Source: a cyanobacterium endosymbiont of Epithemia turgida isolate EtSB Lake Yunoko (GTDB lineage Bacteria; Cyanobacteriota; Cyanobacteriia; Cyanobacteriales; Microcystaceae). Taken from it: a DNA stretch of 32,000 nt. Below, one piece after another: positions 19,880 through 29,833 of this stretch; position 1 is the stretch's first letter; each line of letters begins with the position of its first letter. The translations under genes and the position numbers were made by a program. Location of the stretch: assembly GCF_000829235.1 (NCBI RefSeq), contig NZ_AP012549.1:2310001-2342000 (forward strand), read 5' to 3'. Below the pieces are notes generated by a model. It did no database searches, had not been told where the DNA came from, and saw only the letters and a program-made list of their open reading frames with translations.

Positions 19880-20259
19880 TAAAAACAGATTAAGATGAGT
19901 TCGGTTTGTATTATGTTAGAAACAAATCCAATAGCTTCGAATTCTTTTCAGATTAGGGGTGTAGGGGAAAAAGCGGCTAACTAATTAGAAATCTGTAATA
20001 ATTCAAGAAAAAGTTAAAAGAAGTCTTAAGCTGCTTTTTTCTCTATGATACTGTGGGTTTGTTTATTGTTGTTATCTCAGAGTAGCTTTTAAGACTGCTC
20101 AATGCTGCTTCGATTCCGCGATAACTCGATTTTAAATCAGTCTATTTTTTCTATTGTTCATATTTATGGTTATATCTATATTTACTTTCTACCAGTTTAT
20201 ATCTAGAACCAAACATGATCTACATATTATTTGACTAAGACAATTGAAAAAAGTATTGC

Positions 20260-20343
20260 TCAAAGGAGTTACTTTACAAAATTAATTCAACTCTAATAGC
20301 TCATAATATAAAGATACACAATAATTTGCTTTTTTAAATGTTT
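20260..20343 (+). repeat. Copy A of the paralogous noncoding element (partner at 16825-16923)
   Basis: See copy B. Lies in the ORF-free DNA downstream of ndhD. Confidence 0.6.
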
Positions 20344-20523
20344 CTTCAGGGTTACCCACTCATAGGTTTAAGAAAATAAAATGGTTCTCTGAACCGATTA
20401 TGGCAAAATTATGATAAACAAAAGCTAAAAATGAAGTTTTTGTTTATTAATCTGTTATACATAGTCTATGTAAACCAATAAAACTGCTTAATCATAAGTC
20501 AAATATTTCTATATTTCTTATTT

Positions 20524-22029
20524 CTATCTTTTTTCTGTCCGCCACTGCTGCATAACAACAGTAATGTCTGGCTTTCTTGTCAATAAAATACCTACTTGGG
20601 TTTCATTCCAACGTACCATCCAAGAAGGTTGAAATCCCAAAACTACAATACAAAAAGATAAGACAAAAGCAGGAATTCTTTCTGACCACAAAACACGGGG
20701 TAATTGAGCTAATTCAGGACTTAAGCGACCAAAAAAGACACGGTTAATCATCAATGAGAAATAAACTGCCGTTAAACCATTTCCAACTAAACATAATAAA
20801 GTTTGAATCGGAAAAATAGGAAAGCTCCCGCGAAATACTAAAAACTCTGCGATAAAACCAGCCATCCCTGGAATTCCAATGCTCGCCATTACTCCTAAAA
20901 TCATTAAACTTCCTGTAATCGGTAAACCCCGTTGAGGGTTGAGCAACCCCTGTAAAAAGTCCACATCACGGCTTCCGGTCTTTTTATAAACTATTCCCAC
21001 TAACAGAAATAATAGGGCAGAAATTAATCCGTGACTAACCATCTGAAAAGTAGCGGCAGTAACACTTAAGTGAGTGGCAGCCGCCGCAGCTAATAAGATA
21101 TAGCCCATATGAGCAATAGAAGAATAGGCGACCACTTTCTTCATATCTTTTTGAATAATTGCGCATGATGCCCCATACAGAACATTAATAGCAGCCAATG
21201 TAGCTAACCATGGAGCTATAAATACCCAAGCATCGACAAACAATCCTATCCCAAAACGTAATAACCCGTAAGTTCCTAATTTCAATAGTATTCCTGCCAA
21301 CAACACTGAAATAGGGGTAGAAGCTTCCACGTGGGCATCAGGTAACCAAGTGTGGAAAGGGAAAATGGGTATTTTAATCCCTAAACCAAGCATAAGGGGG
21401 GCTAGTAAAATTAACTGAGTTGATAAAGGTAAGGTATGGGTGCGTAATACTTCATAATCAAAGTTAGATAACTCTGAGAGCCATGCTAATCCTAAAAATG
21501 AAGTCAAAATTAGAATTCCTGAAACTGTTGTAGAGAGAAGAAATTTCATCGAGGCATAACCCCGCTTTGTTCCTCCCCAAATTCCAATGAGAAAATACAA
21601 GGGGATAATTTCTAACTCAAAAAAGAGAAAAAAGAGTAAAATATTTTGGGCAATAAATGCCCCCATTACCCCACTATTAAGAATTAAAATCAAGACATAA
21701 TAAAACCGTGATCGCTTAATAGTTTGACTACTAGTATAAATCGAGATTAAGGTCAGCAAACTGTTGAGAAAAATCAGAGGAAATGATAGTCCATCAATAC
21801 CCAAATAATAATTTAACCCAATCTTCGTAATCCAAGGTAAATACTCAGTAAATTGAATATTTGGATTATTAGGGTCAAAATTAAAGCTAAGAATAATATT
21901 GATAAGGAGAGGTATACTTGCGATTACTATAGCCAACAATCGACAATGGACTGAATTTAACTTTCCTGGCCAAACAGCGATTAGGATAGCTCCTACTAAT
22001 GGAATCCAAATCAAGGCGCTGAGTATCAT
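20524..22029 (-). CDS. ndhD: NAD(P)H-quinone oxidoreductase chain 4 (NdhD), D3/D4 (CO2-uptake) type judged by context
   Basis: 501 aa polytopic NuoM/NdhD-family protein (GIDGLSFPLIFLNSLLT, LFFLFFELEIIPLYFLIGIWGG, HTWLPDAHVEA). It follows an F3/F4-type ndhF after a 43-nt gap. Confidence 0.9.
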   Translation of the reverse strand: MILSALIWIPLVGAILIAVWPGKLNSVHCRLLAIVIASIPLLINIILSFNFDPNNPNIQFTEYLPWITKIGLNYYLGIDGLSFPLIFLNSLLTLISIYTSSQTIKRSRFYYVLILILNSGVMGAFIAQNILLFFLFFELEIIPLYFLIGIWGGTKRGYASMKFLLSTTVSGILILTSFLGLAWLSELSNFDYEVLRTHTLPLSTQLILLAPLMLGLGIKIPIFPFHTWLPDAHVEASTPISVLLAGILLKLGTYGLLRFGIGLFVDAWVFIAPWLATLAAINVLYGASCAIIQKDMKKVVAYSSIAHMGYILLAAAAATHLSVTAATFQMVSHGLISALLFLLVGIVYKKTGSRDVDFLQGLLNPQRGLPITGSLMILGVMASIGIPGMAGFIAEFLVFRGSFPIFPIQTLLCLVGNGLTAVYFSLMINRVFFGRLSPELAQLPRVLWSERIPAFVLSFCIVVLGFQPSWMVRWNETQVGILLTRKPDITVVMQQWRTEKR

Positions 22030-22072
22030 TAATACATCGACTCCTTCCTGCTACTAAAAATTTAAATTAACT

Positions 22073-23968
22073 TCAATAAATTAAAGATGACCAATAGTTA
22101 ATCATCATTCCCCACTCTTCACTAATAAAAAAACACACCAATAAACTTACTCCGATTAAAATGGTTAAGATGTAAAATTGTGATTGTCCAGATACATTAT
22201 ATTTTAAAATATTACCACTAAAAATAGTAGCTAAACCCACTAAATTAACTACTCCATCTACTACATGGCGATCAAACCAAACAGTCAAATAAGATATTTT
22301 TTCTACTGCTGCTACCACCGTTACTTCATAAACACGGTTGAGGTAAAAGTTATGAGCAAATAAATCTTGAAAAAACCGCAGATACAATTGAGTCGGCCGA
22401 GTCCAAGACCTTCGTAGGGGACTAACAATTCCAAGGAGACAACCAATGATTCCTGACCCAATTGAAAGGGGAATTGCCCATTGAACAATGATAATGTCTT
22501 TATCGGTAAAAGGTGGTACAGCTGATAACCAAAATGTCCAGCGAATTGGAACAATAGAAGAAATTAGAGTTGTTAAGGTTAACATTACCATCGGAAAAGC
22601 TATCGGCCAGGCAACTTCGGGAGTTCGACGGGTTTTAGGCTGAGGATTTCCTAGAAATACTAAACGGAATACACGGGTTAAATTCCAAGAACACAACAAA
22701 TTTACAAATAGGACAATTGCACATAACCATTTAGGAACATTCCAATCACCATTAAACCACCGTTGTAATGTCCAAAACATTCCTAAAGGTAACAATGCAA
22801 CTAATCCTGCAGCACCTGTCATAAAACTGATAGTAGTAGCGGGCATCCTTGCCCAAATTCCTCCCATTTCTGTTATATTTTGACTATAGGTCGTTAAAAT
22901 AACCGCTCCTGCACTCATAAATAATAAAGCTTTAGTGATCGCATGGATAAAAACTAATAATAAAGCAATATCGACTTGACCTAATCCAACAGCAATAAAG
23001 ACCAATCCCAAATAAGCACTGGTGGAATGGGATAGGGTTCGTTTGATATCAATTTGTGCTAAAGCCATCAACGAAGTTCCTACCGCCGTTACTGACCCTA
23101 ATATGATTAGTACCGCAGAAGATACGGGGGATAGGGTAAACACGGGTTGTAATTTAATTAACACATAAGCTCCAGCAGAAACTACTACCGAATTTCGCAT
23201 AATTCCGGCAGGGTTCGGTCCTTCCATCGCTTTATCAAGCCATAGATTAAGCGGAAATTGAGCACATTTACCTGTAGGCCCAGCGATCAACGATATTCCT
23301 AATAACGCTGCCGTTAAAGGGGCTAGATTTGAGTTAATTGCCCATTTTTCGAGTTCAGAAAAGGTCAACCCTTCTCCATAACTAGAAAGAGTAACTAATC
23401 CCATTAATAAAATAATATCCCCCACACGCTTGGTTAAAAACGCATCTCTGGCCGCAGTCGCTACTAACGGTTGAGCGTACCAGAAACCGACTAAAAGGTA
23501 TGTAGACAGAGTAAGAATTTCTAAAAGCCCATAACTCAGCAATAAAGAATCACTGAGAGCAATTCCGCCTAAAGCCGCTTCAAATATTCCTATTAATCCG
23601 AAAAATCTAGCTAAAGACCAATCTTTTTCCAGATAACCTAGAGCATAAAATTGAGCAAGTAGGCTAATTCCGTTAACTAATCCCAACGCTCCTAAACTAA
23701 TTGGAGACAGTTCTATGGTCAAGGACAAATCTAAATCAGCTACCTGAAGCCATTGAAATATTAGTTGTTCAGGTTGGTGTCCCCAAATAACATAAAAAGC
23801 TAATAAACTGTGAATAAAGGCAATACTTATCATTAATAGACTCAGGTAGGCCGCTGGTCTAGGTCCTGTGTGACGAATGATTCCTAAAGACCAGGGTAGG
23901 GTTAACACCGAACCAATTAGACTGTAAATCGGGATTAACCAACTACTGTGTACAATAAAACTGCTCAT
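22073..23968 (-). CDS. ndhF: NAD(P)H-quinone oxidoreductase chain 5 (NdhF), F3/F4 (CO2-uptake) type
   Basis: 631 aa NuoL/NdhF family. The N-terminus SSWLIPIYSLIGSVLTLPWSLGIIRHTGPRPAAY and LVGFWYAQPLVATAARDAFLTKRVGD resemble the short NdhF3/F4 class rather than the longer NdhF1, from recollection. Divergent from the ccm/rbc cluster. Confidence 0.88.
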   Translation of the reverse strand: MSSFIVHSSWLIPIYSLIGSVLTLPWSLGIIRHTGPRPAAYLSLLMISIAFIHSLLAFYVIWGHQPEQLIFQWLQVADLDLSLTIELSPISLGALGLVNGISLLAQFYALGYLEKDWSLARFFGLIGIFEAALGGIALSDSLLLSYGLLEILTLSTYLLVGFWYAQPLVATAARDAFLTKRVGDIILLMGLVTLSSYGEGLTFSELEKWAINSNLAPLTAALLGISLIAGPTGKCAQFPLNLWLDKAMEGPNPAGIMRNSVVVSAGAYVLIKLQPVFTLSPVSSAVLIILGSVTAVGTSLMALAQIDIKRTLSHSTSAYLGLVFIAVGLGQVDIALLLVFIHAITKALLFMSAGAVILTTYSQNITEMGGIWARMPATTISFMTGAAGLVALLPLGMFWTLQRWFNGDWNVPKWLCAIVLFVNLLCSWNLTRVFRLVFLGNPQPKTRRTPEVAWPIAFPMVMLTLTTLISSIVPIRWTFWLSAVPPFTDKDIIIVQWAIPLSIGSGIIGCLLGIVSPLRRSWTRPTQLYLRFFQDLFAHNFYLNRVYEVTVVAAVEKISYLTVWFDRHVVDGVVNLVGLATIFSGNILKYNVSGQSQFYILTILIGVSLLVCFFISEEWGMMINYWSSLIY

Positions 23969-24558
23969 CTAAAGTAGATTATTTAAGGGTCTTTACTTTT
24001 ATAGAGCATATCAGTTTTTATACTTAGTTTCTACTTCATATAAATAGGAAGTCCCAATTTTCCGGACAAGTAAAGCCGAATCGATTCCCGTCGACTATGA
24101 CATATCAATAGCCGGGTTTTTAGAAAGTCTTTTGAGCATTGTTATTGTTTTTAAATTTTCTCTGACTTTTAGTTATCAAATTCATTAAACTGATTGACAT
24201 GATTGACAAGTATAATAAGTTATCTATACTTTCTTTCAAAAGGTAAATTATAGAGGGTTAGTTAATAGCTTAAATACTGTTTAAATTCAAAAAATACATC
24301 CTCATCCAAACTAAATTAGATAGAGATTAAACTAATTATTATTAATTAAACTATTGAATAGTTATTCTGATACTCTATCATTAGATAGCATAAATAAAAT
24401 ATAAAATAGTTTAATTTTCTCCAAAAATAACAAAAGATTAGTATAAGCACATATTTATAAGTTTTGTATTAGTTATTAACTTTTACTAATTATAATTTTC
24501 AAAAATATAATAGTAATTTCTATTGTAAAAGGTACCACGTTTGCCTATTCTTTAATAT

Positions 24559-24790
24559 ATGTATAGGTTGATATATCAGCTACTCCAGTCGAGTTCCTTT
24601 TCTCTGCATCCTTAAGCTAAAAATATGACAGGTTCAGAAAGATAGATCGTAACCGATAGGAAACTGATAGGATAAGTCACTCTCCTATTCCTGTGTCAGG
24701 CATCAATGCAATGAGATTATTCCCCGACAGGAAAATAGTTCATAGCTAGATAATTGATTTACTTTGTACCGTTGTTTAGTTTCGCGATCA
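24559..24790 (+). pseudogene. Heavily eroded second ccmK-like remnant (ccmK2 position)
   Basis: Frame-hopping translation gives MYRLIYQLLQSSSFSLHP*AKNMTGSER*IVTDRKLIG*..., ...PVSGINAMRL... and ...FIAR*LIYFVP. Against the CcmK consensus ([88 protein letters not shown]), residues F, A..M....R, (K)IG, VS.GI.N..R, IAR and L.Y..P recur at roughly conserved spacing. By-eye evidence only. Confidence 0.35.
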
Positions 24791-24804
24791 CAAGGAAATC
24801 CAGT

Positions 24805-25105
24805 ATGCCAATTGCCGTTGGAATGATTGAAATAAAAGGGTTTCCTACCGTTGTAGAAGCGGCGGATGCTATAATGGACAAAGCTGCCCGTGTCACCGTT
24901 ATTGTTACGAGGCGATGTATCTGAAGTATAAGTTTCAGTATCCGCAGGAATTGAAAATGCCGGCCGCGTCAATTGTGGACAAGGTTTCTCAACCCATATT
25001 ATTGCCCGTCTACACGACAACCTAGAATACTTATTATTCATTCCTTATACCAAAGCCGTAGAACAATTGTGCGAAAGTATCAATCTTCCTTTAAGAGGAG
25101 TATGA
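24805..25105 (+). pseudogene. ccmK: Carboxysome shell protein CcmK pseudogene (CcmK1-like, with C-terminal extension)
   Basis: MPIAVGMIEIKGFPTVVEAADAIMDKAARVT|VIV. About 13 codons ([13 protein letters not shown]) are missing at ~24897. After a +1 shift near 24906-24910 it reads [64 protein letters not shown], with TAA at 24929-24931. The tracked minus-strand ORF 24703-25041 is antisense to this. Confidence 0.85.
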
Positions 25106-25128
25106 ACGACAACTAGTAGTTAATCATA

Positions 25129-25391
25129 ATGTAAATTGCTGAAGTTAAAGATACCGTCGTCAGAACTGTAGTTTAACAAGACTTAAGCTCCTATTAGTAC
25201 AGTTTATGGATGTTCAAGGTTAATATTAAATAGCAGGAGACATTGTGTATGCAAGGCTTAAGAAATGAGTCTTAGTATCAAGAGAAAGTGCTGCTTCTGC
25301 CGAAATATCTAAACCTTTACAGGAAACTAAATTAGAAATAAATAGGTTTTCTACTAATCATAATGACTTGATTTCTTTACCTTCAATATAA
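25129..25391 (+). pseudogene. ccmL: Carboxysome vertex protein CcmL pseudogene
   Basis: M*IAEVKDTVVRT (TAA at 25132-25134), compared with the MQIAKVRGTVVST-type N-terminus. After a frameshift it reads RLKLLLVQFMDVQG*Y*IAGDIVYARLKK*VLVSRESAASAEISKPLQ, compared with LRGVKLLLLQFVDEEG...EWVLVSRGSAARQ. Confidence 0.7.
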
Positions 25392-25397
25392 ACAAAA

Positions 25398-25625
25398 TTG
25401 GTGGTTAATCGCCCTATTGACAATGACTCTATTTCTAATAGCAATAATTTTTCTCATCATCTGCAAACGACTAAAGAGAAAGAAACTGATTTTTTAGTGG
25501 AAGACATAGAATATATTTTGTTAGAAAAGACAACCACAATTGAAGAGAATACCGAAATTATGAAACAAACTAACCCCAATCCAGCTTCACCAGTAGAGAA
25601 ACCCAATTCTCCTATTATCGGATAA
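25398..25625 (+). pseudogene. Possible 5' stub of ccmM fused to unrelated or eroded sequence
   Basis: It starts 6 nt after the ccmL remnant as (TTG)VVNRPIDNDSISNSNNFSHH. This loosely recalls a CcmM N-terminus (MVVR....NID....H.FSN). The remaining 50 aa are unrecognisable. Mostly a positional argument. Confidence 0.25.
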
Positions 25626-26297
25626 ATTTATATCAACAAGCTTTTATGTACTTTGTTCCCTGAAAGTCAAGCTTTTAATCGTTATCAATAATATAAATTG
25701 TTATGAGTATTAATGAGTAATTAGCCACAATATTGGTTTTTTTGCCGGAAGTAATGAGATTAAATAGTAGATAATTATATGATTTATTTTTTTTAGTATG
25801 ATTGATAATCATCTCTTTTATAAAAAATTTGGTTTTGTTAGTCACTCATTTTCTTTGAATAAACTTCTTATCTCTAAGTTCTTTAACCTGTCTTCTCTGA
25901 CTAAGTTAGTCTTATAGAGACTTTATTTTTTATTTTTTCACTGTTAAAGGAACAACTTGATGAGCAAGAATCTTTAAATATACTAAATAAATTCTAAATT
26001 TTTGAAAAAATGTAGAAAAAAAAATAAAAAGCTGTCACTTAAAATGCATTAATTACCTCAATTATTCTGTCTATACATCGTAATCAAAAAATTATGAATA
26101 AGCAATAAATAAAGCACAACTATCTATGATATGATTGGGGCTTGAAGAACGAATAAGCAAAATAACGGTGAGCTAAATACCACTTCTAGCGACTGAATAA
26201 CTTCTTAAAATATTTTCTCTATTGCGGGTAGGTTCAGACTTAACTTTTATACAGATCAATGAGAAATTAATCATACCATTCATGGAGGAATTATTAT

Positions 26298-27722
<1,425 letters not shown>

Positions 27723-27818
27723 TTTAGAGATAGTTTTTAATTTCTTCAAAATTAAAAGTATTTATGTAAAAATACTCACAACTGATAATCATATCCTGAT
27801 TTGGATAAGGAGTAATCT

Positions 27819-28208
27819 ATGAAATATAAATAGCCAAAGAAACGGTTTAATTTTGACAAAAATACCTAACTCACTAAACAGTTTGTCCTATTCATTATCA
27901 ATCAGTTATCCGAAACTAAACCAACTCAGGTTCTTTAGCTGACTCAATATAAGTCATCCCATAATATAAAAAAGGGAGAAGTATATTTAGAGGAGTTAAT
28001 AGCTCAAAATAAAGAATTAGTATTGCCGATTATGTCAATACTATGGCATCTGCTAAAAATGGCACTGGAATTTTTACCAAAGATGGTAATGGATGGAATT
28101 AGTCAGGCAAATATGAAACACCATCGTCAGTTATGAACACAACTGATTCAGTTCCAAGCAGTAATTGATAACCATAATCCAGAAATCTCTGAGTTTGAAG
28201 ATAGATGA
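27819..28208 (+). pseudogene. rbcX: RuBisCO assembly chaperone RbcX pseudogene
   Basis: MKYK then a shift to IAKETV*F*QKYLTH*, then FVLFIINQLSETKPTQVL*LTQYKSSHNIKKGEVYLEELIAQNKELVLPIMSILWHLLKMALEFLPKMVMDGISQANMKHHRQL*TQL. This parallels the RbcX pattern ...QAVRVI.DQLSETNP..A.WL..Y......GE.YLE.L...NKELVLRIM.VRE....V.EFLPEMV...I.Q.N..HRR. Located between rbcL and rbcS as expected. Confidence 0.8.
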
Positions 28209-28253
28209 CTCAAATAATCCTTAAAATAGTTAATTGAACAAAATAGATAAACC

Positions 28254-28599
28254 ATGAAAACTTTACCTAAAGAGCGTCGTTACGAAACCTTTTTTTACCT
28301 ACCTCCATTAACTGATCAACAAATTACCAAGCAAATTGAGAATATGTTAGATCAAGGGTTTATTGCTGGAGTTGAGTTTGAATAAAATCCTGATCCTAGA
28401 ACCTATTTATGGACAATGTGGAAGTTGTCTTTGTTTAGCTTTATTTAGTGCTTCTTACGCCGAGGAAGTGTGAGCAGAAGTCCGTAAATGTAGTTCTGAG
28501 TATCCCAATTCCTATATTCTTATGATTGCTTTTGACAATATCAAATAATGTTAAATCATAAGCCTTATTGTTCATAAGCCCAACACTCATGGATATTAA
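28254..28599 (+). pseudogene. rbcS: RuBisCO small subunit pseudogene
   Basis: [60 protein letters not shown], with TAA at 28383-28385. After a frameshift it reads SYAEEV*AEVRKCSSEYPNSYILMIAFDNIK*C*IISLIVHKPNTHGY*. Confidence 0.9.
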
Positions 28600-28837
28600 T
28601 TTTTTGAAACTAACTTGAAATACCTTTTCAGTTGATGTCTCAGAGCCTACCTACTTAAATAGTAAATTTGTTCTAAATTTTTATCTTTTGTGTAAGAAGA
28701 GTAGCCGTTAGAAACAATTGTATTTTAATCAAAACTAATAACTCAACAAGTCTAAAAAAAGAAAAAAATTGTGATCTTATTGTTTAAATAAATACTAACA
28801 CAATTGTTTGTTAATTAACTTTAAGTGAGACTAACTA

Positions 28838-29626
28838 ATGTACTGGATAATTAAAAAAACAATTACTTTTCTATCGGTTTACTATGCTTATATGATGGAG
28901 TATCGTGCTGAAATATTTTTTTGGATTTTGTCAGGATCATTGCCTATTATTTTGATGGGAGTTTGGATAGAAGCAGCTACGCAAAATGAGTTAAGACTAA
29001 GTCCAGTTGAATTTGCTCGTTATTTTTTTTGCATTTTTCAAATAAGACAATTTACTAATGTTTGGGTGGTTTGGGATTTTGAGAAGGAAGTTTTGGAGGG
29101 TAGACTATCTTTTAAATTGTTGCATCCCCTTGATCCAGGTTGGCATCATGTAGCAAGACATATTGCAGAAAAAATTGCCCGACTGCCTTCAGTTATCTTT
29201 TTCACCATTTTATTTTTTTTGTTATATCCTCAAGCTTTTTGGATACCTGATTTCTTTCATTTTCTGTTAAGCTTTGTAGTCATAATTGCTGCATTTTTCC
29301 TAAATTTTTTAATTCAATATACTTTCGCTATGTTCACTTTTTGGACAGAAAGAGCCAGTGCTATTCAACAGTTTTGGAATTTAGCTTATGTTTTTCTTTC
29401 AGGAATGACAGCTCCTTTAGATATATTCCCTGATGGAGTTCGTGAGATAGTTATGTGGACTCCTATTGCCTATACTGCTTATTTCCCAGCAGCCTTATTA
29501 ATGGCATTACCTGTGAATATTATTAATGGTTTATTGATTATGATGGGATGGTGTATTATCTTTTTTGTTGTTAATCGTTGGTTATGGCGACAGGGAACAA
29601 AACAATATTCCGGAATGGGAGGCTGA
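28838..29626 (+). CDS. ABC-2 family transporter permease (DUF990/ABC2_membrane_6-like)
   Basis: 262 aa with about 6 TM helices. The N-terminal YYAYMMEYRAEIFFWILSGSLPIILMGVW is typical of this permease family, from recollection. No adjacent ATPase or second permease. Confidence 0.8.
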   Translation: MYWIIKKTITFLSVYYAYMMEYRAEIFFWILSGSLPIILMGVWIEAATQNELRLSPVEFARYFFCIFQIRQFTNVWVVWDFEKEVLEGRLSFKLLHPLDPGWHHVARHIAEKIARLPSVIFFTILFFLLYPQAFWIPDFFHFLLSFVVIIAAFFLNFLIQYTFAMFTFWTERASAIQQFWNLAYVFLSGMTAPLDIFPDGVREIVMWTPIAYTAYFPAALLMALPVNIINGLLIMMGWCIIFFVVNRWLWRQGTKQYSGMGG

Positions 29627-29833
29627 TTGAAGATATTGCTAAATTATAGGTTCAATTACATACCATAAATTTAGCATAATCTACCTATTTTAGATTTTTT
29701 TACCTAAATTTACTCTAACAATTTAAGTTTGATCATCAGTAGATAAGATATTTTTCTATGTTTTAAGAGATTGAATATCTCCTGCAAATTTTAATATTCT
29801 CGAAGTAGAAAAAATATTGAGGATCTAAGACAA

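Noticed and set aside
24095-24111. Dyad CTAT-N9-ATAG about 130 nt upstream of ndhF, reminiscent of LysR-type (NdhR/CcmR) operators
   Set aside because: The arms are only 4 bp, and the orientation and spacing do not match the ATAG-N8-CTAT form I recall. That is too weak to call.
24194-24216. Tandem TTGACA TTGACA followed by TATAAT, considered as a promoter for the ccm cluster
   Set aside because: The hexamer spacings to TATAAT are 11 nt and 2 nt, not 17 +/- 1. It is also about 350 nt upstream of the first ccmK-like remnant.
24703-25041. 112-aa minus-strand ORF
   Set aside because: It lies antisense to the clearly recognisable ccmK remnant on the + strand. The open frame is a by-product.
29637-29676. 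9-bp inverted repeat TGCTAAATT / AATTTAGCA just after the ABC-2 permease stop, considered as a terminator
   Set aside because: It has a 22-nt loop, an all-weak stem and no following T tract.
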